DNA from: Auanema rhodensis
Lineage: Eukaryota; Animalia; Nematoda
NCBI GenBank assembly: GCA_964057225.1
Contig: OZ059897.1
Span: 6,882,001 to 6,946,000, forward strand
Direction: 5' to 3'
DNA length: 64,000 nt
Both the position numbers and the translations under genes were made by a program. Under the pieces are notes generated by a model that was not told where the DNA came from, did not search any database, and saw only the letters and a list, made by a program, of their open reading frames with translations. Below are positions 1-14,800 of the stretch, in pieces (position 1 is the first letter of the stretch; every line of letters starts with the position of its first letter).

Positions 1-23
1 GTCTGTCCTTACTCTCTTGCTAG

Positions 24-303
24 ATTTTGCTCAGATTCAAAATCCAATATCTGCATTAAGTACTCTCGTAAAACATTTTTCACGTAAAGGTCATTTGACG
101 TGAAATTTATTTTGATTTTCTACTCTGACTGCATGGCTGCATTTCATATTTTTCCCCTCAAAACTTTTTTTCCTTAAAATAAGCTTACACTATGCTAATT
201 TAAAGTTTTCTAATTTCAGATTGTATCTACTGGGGGACTATTCGACGTTCAAGCTTTCATCGTACTGTCAAATGTTCTAAAAATACTGTTTTCACTTAAT
301 TAA
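24..303 (+). CDS. possible 3'-terminal exons of a gene that starts upstream of the window (unknown product)
   Basis: ctag acceptor at about 23, exon DFAQIQNPISALSTL, gtaaaa donor, TTTCAG acceptor at about 219, then IVSTGGLFDVQAFIVLSNVLKILFSLN*. No recognisable domain and the frame is ambiguous. Confidence 0.25.
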
Positions 304-817
304 ATCTAAAAAAAATATAATTTATATGAAAAACTAATAGTTTCGAATTAAATATTATTGAAGAACAAGAAACTATTATCATTTCTTTTCTCTCATATTT
401 GAGCTAGAGCTTATTAAATTATGTGAATTTTAACATCAAAATATTACATTTTGTTTGAATTTGTTATATTTGTATTTTTTTTTGAGAAAAAGAGAATATA
501 CTGAAGCTTCAAAGATCTTTATCCAAATTCATTTGTCCTCTTTTTTCTGTTTTTTTTTAATTTTAAACGATAGAGATTCAATGTCTCTACTGCTGATTTG
601 CAACAAGTCGTTGATGGGGAAAAGCTTCTTCAACAAAAAACCGGAAGGAAATGCTAAACCTGCATAGATAGGAAGAAATATCTATTGTTGCTCGGAACTA
701 AATTAACCCTTTACTTTTGAATCGTTTTCATCAGGGAACTCTGAACTAGATATTTCCAGGCTTATCGAGTGTAGTTTCATCCTGGCTAACAACTTAACTT
801 CTTACTTCCTTACATCC

Positions 818-820
<3 letters not shown>

Positions 821-865
<45 letters not shown>

Positions 866-889
866 CTCTCTCTCTCTCTCTCTCTCTCT
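821..889. repeat. (CT)n microsatellite
   Basis: Directly visible dinucleotide tract. Confidence 0.95.
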
Positions 890-2973
890 AATTTGCATTC
901 TCTCCATCCATCATTTTTTCTTTTCTTTTCTTCATTTTTATATTTTTTTTGATTCCTGGAGATAGGTGAAGCTTCCAGAGCAATATCTAGCATGTTACAT
1001 GATCGTAAAGTCATGGCTGTGTTTGATGAAACAATAACGGAAATGCAGGATAAGTTGAAAAGCGGCAACATCGTCCTACTTCCCTCCAAGCTGATTGAAA
1101 ATTTCTTCGAATAACAGAAAGTATGTCGATAAGTTTGTTTTTTGTTTTTGTTGTATCTGTTAGTAATTATAAAAAAAAATACAAAATGGTTTTTTCTTGA
1201 AATAAAAAGAAGAAAAGAATTTTTTTTGTGAAAAAAAAAGTTCCAAAAACTCATACGATTGTTAAAAAAATGCTTTTTTTTTCTTGTCAAACTGAGCAAG
1301 GCATATTGAGATTGAGAATCAGGTTCAAGTATTTATATTTTTAATCCCAAACATGATTGATAACCAAACAACATGAGTTATATTAAACGATCTTGAAGAT
1401 GGCTTAAAAGAACGGAAATAAACGATTGAAGAGACAGAGAGAGGACGAAGGGATAGAAGAGAATAAGAGAGAGAAAAAGAGAGAAAAAGAGAAAGTTAAA
1501 AGATAAATGCAATCCGGAAACACCGTCCTCCCGTAATGGTAATTCACTTTAATTCGGTGATAATGTATAAATTAGCTGATTTACCATTCAAAGTTTCTAA
1601 GATTTATAATGAACTAAATGTTATTTTCCAAATGCTTCTCCAAGAAAAAAAATGATTTGAGGGAAGCATACGATTACTTGAAATCTTTCTTTTTCTTCTA
1701 TAAGAAATTATTTGAATCAGAAAAATATTTTTCCTCATCATAATCAAAAGCATCATCATCAGCATCATAGTTAGCTTTTGCCTGATATATAGGTCTTCTC
1801 AATCGACAATTTTTTTTTATTTTTTTAATATATGGTCATTACTTTTCTTTTTTTTTCTTATAATTCTTCGTATTTTTTTTTGAAATTCAAAATTGGTGGA
1901 TTTGACCTGTCAAACGAGTACCCATTCATTCTGTTTTATCTCAGCTTTGACTACTTTCAGTCACGCTATTCATCTTGAATTATCACCAAATTTCAACAAA
2001 AAATTACTTTTCAATTCAGTTTTCTCCATATTAATCTCAACAACATCTTGAAATTTCCCGTTTTTGTTCGAAAAAAAATATTTAAAAGCTTCTTGCCATT
2101 GTCTTGGAGTTGTCCAGGCAAGAGTTCATTCGTTCTTCAGTTCAGAGAATATCCTTCAACTTTTCAAAATAACAATCAAGCTAATTTGATAGAATGATGT
2201 TCGATTTTGAGCAAAAGTCATTGTCATCATCCTCAAGAATCAATTCTAATTGAAAATCTGTTTCTTCTTTCATAGCTTTTCCTAAATCTGTTTTGGCCCT
2301 GATCCCTTTCCATAGCTTCACACGCAAAAACCATTCTTCCATTATTCTTCCTGTGAAACCTCCGAAAATTTTTCAAAATTGAGAAAAAAAAAAGAGAAAT
2401 TAAGCGATAGAGAGAATGAGAGAGAGAAATTATTTTTTGATTTTAAAGCTATAATCTTCATATGTATATAGTATATATCTTTTCTTTTTTTCTAATATAA
2501 TTCATATACATATAGATTTATATATATAATGCCATTTAATATCTAATGCTTTTGGTGGCAGAAAAAAAGTTCATTGAGATATTTCCTCGTTTCAGGACCA
2601 TTTCCTATATTTAAGTTTTTGTCGTCGTCATTGAGTTGATCGTTTACATCGTTTCTTATGATTGACGTTGTCTATTCAGAGATACATTTTCAAAAAAGGT
2701 TACATAGATCCCTGTGTTCTACATGAGTAACTCTACTAACTATGTGGTCAATGTATAATTATATTTGATAATTCATTCTATTTTAATTATTTTTATGTTT
2801 TAAAAATAGTTTTTAAAAGTTCGTCATCAACATAAATATCATATTAAATGTATATATACCTATTCTTTATATTCTCACCCACTCCTATTCATGTTATACC
2901 TAAGTTCTCTTGCCCCACTCTTAAGCTCTCCTCATAGCATCCCTACCTAACTATGAAATTTGTTTCTCTTTAT

Positions 2974-3075
<102 letters not shown>

Positions 3076-6000
3076 TTCTATTTATTTATCTGTAGTTTAT
3101 TTTTCTTTCTCACTATCTTTGTAGTTCATTTCCCGTTCTTTCTTTCCCAATGCTCTTTTTGGAATATTACTGCAAGATTTAAGAAGATTCTTTCCTGTTT
3201 ATCTAATCAAAGCTTTCATTTTCTCATGAAAAATAGTTTAAACCTTTTATCTACTTTAGAAATATTTGACCTCAACAATCGGAAATGACATTATTATAAA
3301 GGAAAACCTTTTTTTAACATTTATTTTCAATTATCTCTTTCCCACACACCATGTACTTACATATACATACATCCATCCAAATATATATATATATCTATAT
3401 ATATCTATATCTATATATATATATATATTCATTATACGGATATTTACATCGAATGTATATACACATTTCTTGATTATCAACCTTCCTTCTTTCTTTTTTT
3501 GACAAAAATCAACAGAATTTCATCTATTTTTCTTTTTCTCGAAAAGAACGACAAGCTAATCTGCCCATCAAGTCCTACACTCCTCATCAGGTCACACATT
3601 CACACATCTACACATACTCATACACATTTCTGCGCCGCCTCATACTGATGAAGTACGGGATGAATGTTAAGGTTGAATCAAAGTAATTCGATCAACATAC
3701 TTTTACGGATTTTCATTATTGCAATTGAACTCACTGTCCTTTTCCATTTGAGACCAATAAAAGACGTCTCTTTTCTTTTCTCGTTTAATCATGTTTGGAT
3801 AACCAGAGAACGCCCACAAGGTTATCCACATCTTCCTCAAGCTTCACTCATCTCACATCCATCTCGAAGTATCTTTTTTCTTTCTCTTTGCATTTATTTT
3901 TTCCCTCCTTCCATCATGTAAAAACATATAATTTTATAATTAAAAGATTTAAAAAAAAGTTTTTTTTGGAATATTTTTATATACAAATTCTATAATTGGA
4001 TTCTAGACGCTGTAAATGTCATATGATTATACACAAAACTGATATGCTAATTAGAAATGTGTATGTACACGTGACGTAATCGCACTGTGAGTTCATGCGT
4101 ACCTCTCACATTCAACAGAATGATTGGTTGTTTTGTGGTTGTGTATAGTTTAAAGAACTCTGTTTGCATGTTGCACCTCTTTCACTTGCCTTGAGCCTGC
4201 GTTAGCTTACAGCATTGTCGTTTTGCAACATCACTGTTTTCAGCAATTCAACTTCAAAACGTTATAATCGAGACAAGCTGTTAGATAGACGACTGAGTTC
4301 CTCATTCTCTTTTGAAGCTTAAGCATCAGTATGAAAGTGAAAACCAAAATATGCAGATAACCCAGCCGGTCTATGCTCGTCTGAGCTTTCAAAAACATCC
4401 CATCCGATACTGAAGTCTGGTGTTTCTAAACGACAAGCATGACGTCAAAGACTATTTATAATGATTTTAGTAAATGAAGTCTTTCTCTCAAGCCTGTTAA
4501 AGAAAAGTCGTAAGTAAGCTTACTATGCTTCATATCCCTCTATCCATCCATCCATTCAGCATCTTCTGACTTTTTATTGAAACAATTACTTTATTCACTT
4601 ATATACATCCACATCCTACATATGTGCATGTGCGGCCTTTCAATGTGGTTTGCCCTTCTGACATCTCTTTCAAGCTGATCAGTTCTAATCATGTTTTGAC
4701 TTTGCCGACTTTCAAGCATAAGTAGTTTGAATGTTGCCTAACGTACATCATATGACATCATCCGCATATGAATCCACATCTTCTTACCTATATCCCACAC
4801 CAGCTTTCTAACGTATTATTGCAACTTTCCAGCTTATCTTATAGATATAAATATGTATATAAGTATATCTACATGCATATAGTTAATAAGTTTGTTATTA
4901 ATAAATACTATTAATCAAGCTTTAAACCTGTTTTGTCAAGTTACATCGTATGAATTTTCAGATTTACTATTCTCAGAACTTTTTTAATTTCATAATAAAT
5001 TATTTTTTTTTTAATTTTGTTTTATTAAACCCTATACTTCCTTTAATTTTCTCTTCTCTTCTCTTTTTTTCTTTTTTTCAATTTTCTGTTGGCAAATTTT
5101 AATTCTTATGGGTTTTCAGCTTTCTCAGAATCTAGACTCTCATTTTCCATTTAGATTTCGATATCATGCTTAGTCTATTAGCCTATCTTCTGCTTGATTC
5201 TTCTATATCTTCTTAAGGAACTCGAGAATTTCGTTAAAGCTAAACTTCCTCATTTCCATCAACAGACCACTAAATACGTGACAATAGAAACGAAAACTTG
5301 AAAATGACTTTTTGGAAGCAGAATCTTTTCAGTTCAGAATGATGAGCCGGAAGTTTAATACAACTAGGAGAGGAAGATGATGGAAACGCATGAAGGAGTT
5401 CTGAGACCATGAAGTTGATCTATCTGAGTCATGAACGACAATCCACTTTTCTCTTTTCCTTCATAATTTACCAAATTTGAGGCATAAAAAAATCCAATTG
5501 TGCTAAGGTTTCATATAAACTGGTTAAATTGCCATTCGGTTGTGTAAAAAACAACCTGAAGTTTGGAACAACTTGACGCATAAGGCTGTAGTTGGTTGTG
5601 CTCAACAAAGTTTTATGAATTGATGTAAAAGTGATCCAATCTATTTTTGTTTCCCTATTTACACTACTTTCATTTGTAAATTAGCCAAGTATATGAATTG
5701 AGCATATATCTACAAACATCTACATACATACGATGTGCCAAGCTTTGTGCCTTGATTTCATTTGTTCAATCTGAATATTCTTATTCTGTCTCTTCATCGT
5801 TATCTTCATTACAATTTTTTCTCATAATTTTCTTACGTTCCCACAACATTTTGAATCTTTTAGCTTTATAGCATGTTTTATTATTATTTTGATTAAAGAT
5901 TTCATAGAATATCTTGAATTCCATATAATTATTCTCACCACCTTCTCCTCAAATCATCAGTTAAGCTTGTTGAACTGATAAAATCTGATGCAATACCTTA

Positions 6001-6724
6001 TATATCTCTCATTAATCTGTTTTTTTTTGAAAAATAAACAAAAAATGTTTGAGAATATGAAAAAAGATTTGACGTAACAACAGAAATCATCATCAAAAGG
6101 TTTCATATGACTTTATTGCTTCTACATCTACATCTTCTTCTGCTTCTTCTTCTTCTTTTGTTTTGTTTAACACCGAAATACATGGAAGTTTTGAAATATT
6201 TTTTATTTCTTTTTCAATTTTTCTTTTCTAATCATCTTTTATTCTCAATTTTTTGCTATTTATTGCTTCATAAAATTAAAAGAAAAAACTCTGTTGTTGG
6301 CGAAAAAGGGTTGAATCAGGTTACGTAGCCGTATTCTGTATGCACTTCCTTCTTTCAATCACATGTATTTATCAACATTTTTCAAAATAAATGCAAAATT
6401 TACATTTTTTGGGCTTTTTTGATCAACTCTTAAAGAGTTTTTAAGCTTTTCCTAGCTTAAATATACTCCCATTATAGGTAGAAGCCCAAGTCTTAGATAA
6501 AGTGAGAGCAAAGCACATCATACACACGCTTATACTCATAGTCTCTCATTTGATGATGATGTCTCTGTCATCTTACCACATGGAAAGAGGATAAGTTCAG
6601 TTGGTCAAGTATTTACTTCCTCAATAGCTTAAAAAGATGAAACAGCTGTAGACACGGCAATAGCAATAAATTCATTGGAAACATCACAACTTTTTTTCTT
6701 ATTAATCTTTTATTTATATGAGAA

Positions 6725-6755
6725 TGTGTGTGTGTGTGTGTGTGTATGTGTGTGT
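6725..6755. repeat. (TG)n microsatellite
   Basis: Directly visible. Confidence 0.9.
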
Positions 6756-7428
6756 TTATATAGAATCTTTCATTTTCTTTTCAAATCATTAGTTTCTTTA
6801 CCAAGTTTTAAGCTTTTAAAACCTTTTATTCAAGTTCAAATTTAAAAGGTTAAAGCACATTTGTTTAAAATTTCAAAAAAGTCTTATGAGGGTAGTTATG
6901 GGATCATATGAGTATCTCATGCCCTTCAAAAAAATGATTTACAATAGTTCATTCATTCAATCATTTGGAAAAAAAGGATTTTGTTTCGAACTTTCTTTGA
7001 ATTTCTCAAATATTTATGTTTTCTCTTTTTCTCTGATAACCTGATCATTTTTCTTTCCCTCTAGGTGATCTCTTTTTCTGTATTTTTCTTTCTGTAATAT
7101 CTCTCTCTCTCTCTCTCTGTTTAAGTCTAATATCCAGTAATTCTGTTGAAAATAGTTTGAATGATCTATGTATGTTATATATATATTATTCTTTAACATC
7201 TATATTGAGTGAGAAAAGTTGAAATAATCATGGGTTATCCAGTGAAGCAAGAAAAAAATCTTTCATCTTTCTATCTATCTACGTCCAACATTTGTCTTAT
7301 GTGAATAAATATTTCATTTTCAATTTATAAATATTTCAAAATAACTTATTTGAAACTTCAAAAATTAGATTTTAAGTATGAAAGAGTAAGGTATTACCAT
7401 ATTTGAAGAATACTTTCAAAGTTCTTAG

Positions 7429-7479
<51 letters not shown>

Positions 7480-7849
7480 CTCCCTCTCTCTCTCTCTCAT
7501 TCTCCCTCTTTTCTCGTTTTGTCAAGTAAAGAAGGTTATCCAGTCATTGTACTTTTTCTACTTATTTTACCCTCTAATAATACCTACTGATCTGCCTGTT
7601 TAATGCCACAGCAGACAAATAAATATAAGTTAAACTTTGATTTTTTAAATAATTTTCACATAATTAATATAATAACTAATTAATAATCTATTAATTTTGT
7701 CTAGAAATTATTTTTTATTAAAATTAGAAATTCTGTGAAAATTTGTTGCTTCATAAGCGTAACACACGCTAATCTACAGAATCTCTTTCAACATAGTATA
7801 CAACAAAAAGCTTTTAGGGGTAGTCGTTGTTTTAGCGGTGAAAGATTGA

Positions 7850-7895
<46 letters not shown>

Positions 7896-8478
7896 TAAAG
7901 GAGTAAAAAACCTTTTTTTGCTCTTTTTTTGTCAAATTCCAGGTTTTGTTTAAAAGTATAATATCTGAAAAAGAACTTTACATATTATCCATTAGCTTTT
8001 TCTTTGAATTTCATTCCAAATATTTTTGTTCGAACGTTCAATCAGCATCACACATGCCCTAAATTATAATAGAATTTGTCTTTTTGTTCGTTCAAACTTA
8101 ACAAGAGAATATCTGTTTTCTTTTAAACAAAGTATTTTTTCTCTCTTTCTCTCTCTCTCTCTTTCTCTCTATCTTGCCATCTTGTTCTCCTTTTTTCTCT
8201 TTCTCTCTCTCAATTTCTTCCTTTTTTTTAAATGTTATTTGATAGATTTTCTATCATGTTTTTTTGGTTTGCTGCTCGTGGTCCCAGAATTTTTAGTGTA
8301 TTGTCGAGCCATAATATGACAGTTAGCTTAATTTTTAAGATCCAATGTAACATTTCATGTAATTTTTGCTCTAAAACTAAATAATTAGTAATTTGAAAAA
8401 CGACAATTTATTTCCTTATTGCAAAACTACTGTCAGATTAATTGAATGAAAATAGATTTATCTCTATATTTATCATAA

Positions 8479-8516
<38 letters not shown>

Positions 8517-9277
8517 TATACTATATAATCTTATCTATAAATTATATTTTAATCATTAATTATAAGTTATAATTAGATGATATACATATAACTATATACA
8601 TATAAAGCTGCAAAAAAAAGAATGAGGATATTAGATTTGAAACGCAAGAACATGAAGTGGTAATGATAGAGATAAAGCTGAAAAAGAGAGAGAGAGAATA
8701 AAGAGAGAGAGAGAGATAATAGAAAAAGAAAGAAGGTGATATCAAATAGTTGTGGAAAAAACACATAAAAAGCGAGGGAGAGAGAGAGAGAGAGAGAGAG
8801 TACTAGTTCTCTCTATAATATATTCAGCTCATTTGTTCCTCTTTATCTATCATATTATTTTTTTTATTTTCTTTTCATTCTATTCCCATAAGTTTTCAAT
8901 ATTTCCTCATATAAATATAATAGCCAAAAAAAAAGAAAGATATAATTTATACTAACTATATGTACTTAATTACATAGAAATTAGTTAGATAGATGAGATA
9001 AGCATATATGAAGCTTTTTTTATTTAAATTTAATCTTTTTATCTGATTGATGATATGTATCATCAATTTAGTTTCTTTCAATTACTTTTTTTTTCATTCA
9101 TTCAAATAACATACAAACCTATGCATATACACCAATATCAACATAAATAGCAGCTATTATGATCCAACTTCAGCATACCACCTCAAATGATTTGTGAAAC
9201 TTTGAAGAAAAAAAAAAGAGAAAAACTTCAGCAACATGCTACTACATAACATAGAGAGAGAGAGATGATTGAGAAAG

Positions 9278-9279
<2 letters not shown>

Positions 9280-9329
<50 letters not shown>
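9280..9329. repeat. (GA)n microsatellite
   Basis: Directly visible. Confidence 0.95.
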
Positions 9330-9334
<5 letters not shown>

Positions 9335-10118
9335 AAACAGGTAGAGAGGGGAAAAGCAGGAAAGGAGAGAGAGAGATAGAGAGATAACTAACTACCTTTC
9401 CACATCTCGATATACATCTATATCTTTATATTTAAACTGGAAAAGGTCTATATATGTATAAACATGTAATTTTTCATTTTTTGTTTCTATCATATAGTTA
9501 CAAACAAGAAAAACCCAAAAAGCTACAATCTAATTTACATATTTTTTCTCTATCTCTCTGGTTCTCTCTCTCTATTTCACATGTTCAAGCTGGTCATTGT
9601 TGGTAGCTTGTTAACATCAGCTAGTATGTATATGTTTATATGTAATAGTTAACAGAAAACTATATATTCTTATTCAAAGACTAGCAAAAACTGCTGTTTT
9701 CACACTCACATTGCCTGTCAGACAAATGTTTTAATTTTTTTTGTTCTTTAAAACGTTCACAATGTTTATGACCTTCCATTTTTCTATGTTTTTGAAATAT
9801 GTATGATGAATTAAAATATTTATTTACTATGTTTAGCTCGTTTGCTTTCACGTGAAAATTTCACGTGCAACTCTCGCCTTTTACTCTCTCTCTCTCTTTC
9901 TCTCTCTCCTCCTAGCACATAGCCACATCATCATTTAGCTATGTGCTGGCGTGATGAACGGTTGCTACTACTCGAAGCTCGTCCGTGTTCTTCTCATTTT
10001 CTTTCCATCGTTTTCTTTCTCACTATCTTTCAGTTTCTCTACCTCATTCGTTCAGTGTCTACCTTTTTCCAGGATTCCACCCCTTTTTCTGTTTTTATCT
10101 TCCTCTGTCCCTTTCTTC

Positions 10119-10125
<7 letters not shown>

Positions 10126-10185
<60 letters not shown>

Positions 10186-10188
10186 TCT
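10126..10188. repeat. (CT)n microsatellite
   Basis: Directly visible. Confidence 0.9.
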
Positions 10189-10914
10189 GCCTCCCTCTCC
10201 CTCCCTCTCTCTTTCAATCTATAGTTATTTCGTTTTTACAATTCTATATCCATTTAGTGATCATTTTCTATTTTTTATATTCAATTTTAGAAAATATCTT
10301 TTACATATAGTTATCTCTTAAATCATTTACATACATATAGTCTTCAATCTTATTTTCTCACTCATAGTAAGATAAGGAAATCGTTTTGTTGAGTTGAGAA
10401 AGATACAAATGTATACCAATTTCAAGATTTTCTTCTCATTTATACATTAGTTTCCCATTTCTCTCTCACGTCTCTCGCTTTATTTCTCTGACTGTTTTCC
10501 TTCCCAACACTGTCGCAGCTCCCTTTTTCCAATTCTCAAGTTTTTGCTTTTTATCATTTCTCCTTGTACTTTTTTTTTTCTTTTTCTAACTAATCTTATA
10601 CAATCATATATTCAGTTTAAAATCTTCTCAAAAAAATATTTTAATGAATTTCTATATTATTATAAATCAATATAACTATATTCAACAATGTTTTAAACTT
10701 GCAAACAACATTTCGTTTTGATTCTACTCTTCACTGCTTATTTATTATAAACAAAACCGTTGTTGTAACCACCAAAACTTATTTTAACGAATTATTTTTC
10801 TAATTTTTTTGCTTTTTTTCATCAAAAAAGTTTTTTTTTCTTCGTTGTTCGCGAGTTTTTTCTTTTTCCTCACCTGCTCATTAGTAGGCTAATTCAAGTT
10901 TGTAGTCTATCGTC

Positions 10915-11810
10915 ATGATGGGTCTGCTATCAACTATTCGTGGTGGTAAAAAGGATTTCGTGTTAGGAACAGCTGATGTTGGTCCAATTGCTAGCAAAAG
11001 CAAGAAGATGGTGATACAGGAATGGCCAAGGTATTGTGGTTGTTACAAGTTGTAACATCAATTGTGGATATGGCTTGTGTATGATGCATGTTTCAGACTT
11101 TTGGATCAACAACCAGATCTCTTTCAAATCGTTTGGATTCAATCTGCAAATCGGAGTAACTCAATTAAGGTTCAAACTTTCTTCTGAATAAATATTCTTA
11201 TTTTATTTTCTTCTTATAATACAATTTATGCAAAGTTTTCTTTTCAGAAAGCTTTTGGCATCAATGATGATGAAAATCCAGCTGATAATCCAACCTTTGT
11301 CAACTTATCCAAAACTATACAAGCTTTCTTCTTCAAACTTGTAAGTAAAACTTTTTTTTTCTCCGAAACATTTGAATACATGCAATTACATTCAGATTAT
11401 ATCTTATCAGCTCGATGATGATTTAGTTGTGACAACTTGTGAACAGCTTGGTTCACGTCATGTTGATTTCATTGCTCGTGGTTTCCATTCCACTTTTTGG
11501 GATATTTTCTTGGTAATTTAATACTTAATTATAAAAAATTAATGATAAAACCATTTAAAAAATATTTTGTTGTAGGTATGTATGGCTGAAACTATTGATG
11601 CAACTCTCTCATCATATTTCTCAGATGATGCGCGTAAATCTGAAATGCTTCTCTCATGGCAAAGGTTCATCAGCTTTTTCTGAAAAAAAAACGAAGAAAA
11701 CAATGATTTTTCTTGTTTTCAGAGTAATTAATGCAATTATTCATCATATGCGAAATGGATACAGTGAGAAACGAAAAGCTCAATTGCAACAACAGCAAGA
11801 CAAACCATGA
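10915..11810 (+). CDS. nematode globin (glb family), 6 exons
   Basis: Exons about 10915-11030, 11097-11169, 11248-11340, 11396-11512, 11576-11664, 11723-11810, all GT-AG and in frame: MMGLLSTIRGGKKDFVLGTADVGPIASKSKKMVIQEWPRLLDQQPDLFQIVWIQSANRSNSIKKAFGINDDENPADNPTFVNLSKTIQAFFFKLIISYQLDDDLVVTTCEQLGSRHVDFIARGFHSTFWDIFLVCMAETIDATLSSYFSDDARKSEMLLSWQRVINAIIHHMRNGYSEKRKAQLQQQQDKP*. Globin signatures: A-helix W, CD1 F (KKAF), proximal His in LGSRH, GF..FW in helix G, W..MRNGY in helix H. Confidence 0.9.
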
Positions 11811-14800
11811 ACATACAAATAATTTTTTTCTCTCTCTCTCCCTCCCTCTCTTCCTTTCCCTCGTTGCGGCACCCTCTCACCTTCCATCTCTCTGATGCCC
11901 TTTTTCTTTGTTAATTTAAGAATAAGAAATACATATAATGCTATTCTTTGTACATTATATTCATCTAATTTTTCAATATAAATTATATTATAAACTATAT
12001 ATGTAATTCATCATTATTATAATAATTTCTTTTATTATTTACATACATATATATAAATTTTTTTTTGTTTTAAAACAAAAATATATGTATGTATATATCA
12101 TTTAATAGAATCAGAAGATGATGATGACTATGCCAACGACGACAAAACTCTTAACTGCCCCCCTCCCCCCACATCCCCACACACACACACACACACATCC
12201 CACATCACTACCCCCAAAAATCATTTGTTTCGTTTTAATGAATGAAATGTGCAAATATTTTATGAAAATTGGCTAAAAAAATTTAAAAAAAGAAGAAGAT
12301 TTTGCTTAATAAATAATAATAATAACTAATATGGCTGTATATTAACCAACTTGTTTATTGAATATGAAATAAATTTTTTTTTTGGCCTAATAAGCATAGT
12401 TGAACTGAAATAAACATGAAAACAGACACAGGACAACAGTAGCTTGAAGGTATCTCCCCCCCCCTCCCTCCCGCCATGTTGTATGTTCGATGATGTTTGG
12501 AACAAAAAAAAAAAGCTTTTTTTATTGTTGTTCAAATACATAAAACAAAAGAAATATTAATAATTTATTTTATTTTATAATTATTTTTCATTTAAAAACA
12601 AATTATTTGATATAGTTAGTGGAAGTTAAGTTAAATATAATAATATATGTAGAAGAATAAATACCGTTTATCATTTAAATTATTTTACGTCAATACTATT
12701 TCAAAAAAACAAAATTATTTTTCAAGTTTATTAAAGTTTTAATGTAAGTTGAACTATTATGATAGAACTTGGTATTTATTTTTTTTTGAAATTTTTAAAT
12801 AATTTATTTGGTAATTTATATTTTTTTTAAACTTTAACGCACTTTCTCTTTCTCTCTCTCTCTCTCTGAATATTATCTGCATCACTCTCTATTCTTGAAT
12901 ATTCTCTCTCAATCTTTCTCTTTCAATGATCTTTCTCTCCATTTTACTTGAAATATTGTCTTTCTCAATCATATTTCTCTTTCCCTCCTAATACATCTCT
13001 CTCTCTCTCTCTCTCACTCAGCTTGCTCTTTCTCTTTTATTTTTTTCTAATCTTTATTTAATCTTTGTATAATCATATGTACATTTATGAGTATTTTGAT
13101 GAAAAGTAAACCAATTTTTAAAAATATTTCTACTTCATCATCATCATCTTTGCTGTCTTGTTAATTATGAAAATAATTTGCAGAATATGATTTGTCATCA
13201 TATGCTTCATTTCAATTTCATGTATTAACTATAAAATATTTAAGAAAAATGTGAATTTCTTTAAATTTTTGATGAAATATTATGATTAACATAGATCTAA
13301 TTAAACTTTTTAAAAAGAAATATTAAAGAATTTTGCGGATAAAAAGCTCAATCAGCCACTTTTTTTGACAAAAAAAAGATTGAAATGTTGTATTGTGTAT
13401 AAAGCATTTTGAAGCATTTTTTGAAGAAGAATAGAATATTATGATGTTATTGTAAGTAAAATGAAGATTATGTGATATCAAAGAGGATTACTGAAATATT
13501 CTTCTGTCTCACTGACGTTAACATCTTCTTCTTCATCTTCTTCATCTTCTTCTTCGTCTTCATCTTCATATTTTTTCCTTTTTCATCAGATTTCTGCTCA
13601 TTTCAACCATCTTTTCTTCATCTCACGCCTTTTTCAAATGAATCAGAATATTCCTTTTCATGTTCATTTTCATTCTCAAACAATATTTCTTTTCCATTTA
13701 CGATTACAGCAGATTTTTGGAATAAGATGTTCCATTCTGCTTCTTCTTCTTCTTCCATCTTTTGCTTAGAATCTTGTTTTCTAAAGCGTTATGTCAATTT
13801 TTTCTTGCCCATCTCTCTGTATTGCTCTCTCTCTCTCTCTTTGAATATTCTCTCTCTAATTCTCTTTTATATATACATATCTTTTTTTCAACAAAATATA
13901 TGTCTCTCTCTCTTTCTATCTATATATATATATATATATAGAATAGTTTTCAAGTCGATTACTCTCTTTTCTACTTCTCCATATCCGCTGAAAAATTGGA
14001 AGAAAATATTTGTTTTTGTTGTCTTGCATCAATTCCATTTTTATGATTTTTAGTTCAAGTTGCCTTTCAAAGCTTATCAGCCTTCTTCTTCACCAATGCT
14101 ATGTTCAATTTATTTTATAAACTTATCTATTTACCTCAAGTTTTAGACTCAATTTCTGATTTTTTCTGTTAACCACCACCAGCGTTCAAGTTCATAATAC
14201 TGCTGAACTTGAGATTACAGCTTGAGCTTAAGCCATATTTCCACTTATATATATATATATGCTTGACACATCAAACTGTTGCTGAACATCATCTCAAATA
14301 AATTTTTAATAATTTTCTTTGAAATTTGTCAAAACAGGTGGAAAAGTGATAGCGAATTGAACTAATAAAAACGCAAACGTTCTGTTTGTATCATGTGTAT
14401 GTAGGTGTGAAGAATTATTGATGTCTTAGAGGGTAATTCAATACTCATATCTCTGTTTGTTAAGATAAGAACTGCTTCAGCTACTTACTCCTTCTCCTCC
14501 TCTTCCTTGGTCTTCCCAAAATCAATGTGTTACATCTCAGAGTGTGTAGTTAGTTGTTACAACTTGGAAACGTTCTATCAAGTTCATGTTCATATTATCA
14601 AGTTGTTTTAAAACAAAACCTGAAATTTATTCTGAAATATTTCTAGTTTTTCAAATTATTTGTTGTAATGGAACCATTCAGTAAACAAACTTCTGAAGTT
14701 CAAGTTTTATTGCAATCCTTTTTCAATCCTTCGTATGTTGTTCTTCCGGTTATGAAAAACCATAATATGCTTCAAGTTTCCAATAAGCTCATTCAAAGCT

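Noticed and set aside
802-1299. 165-aa minus-strand ORF, and the many SLSLSL/ERERER/poly-F ORFs in the track
   Set aside because: They are translations of (CT)n/(GA)n tracts and poly-T DNA, with no domain or splice structure.
2185-2345. Minus-strand ORF of about 51 aa, MEEWFLRVKLWKG...
   Set aside because: No splice signals, signal peptide or recognisable motif, so it cannot be supported.
5339-5404. C/D-box snoRNA-like ATGATGA...CTGA
   Set aside because: No convincing D' box, no independent terminal stem and no rRNA guide I can identify. Such short boxes are common by chance.
13472-14053. 193-aa ORF
   Set aside because: Low-complexity (TTC/ATC)n and CT sequence with a GTG start. The antisense frames are interrupted by stops.
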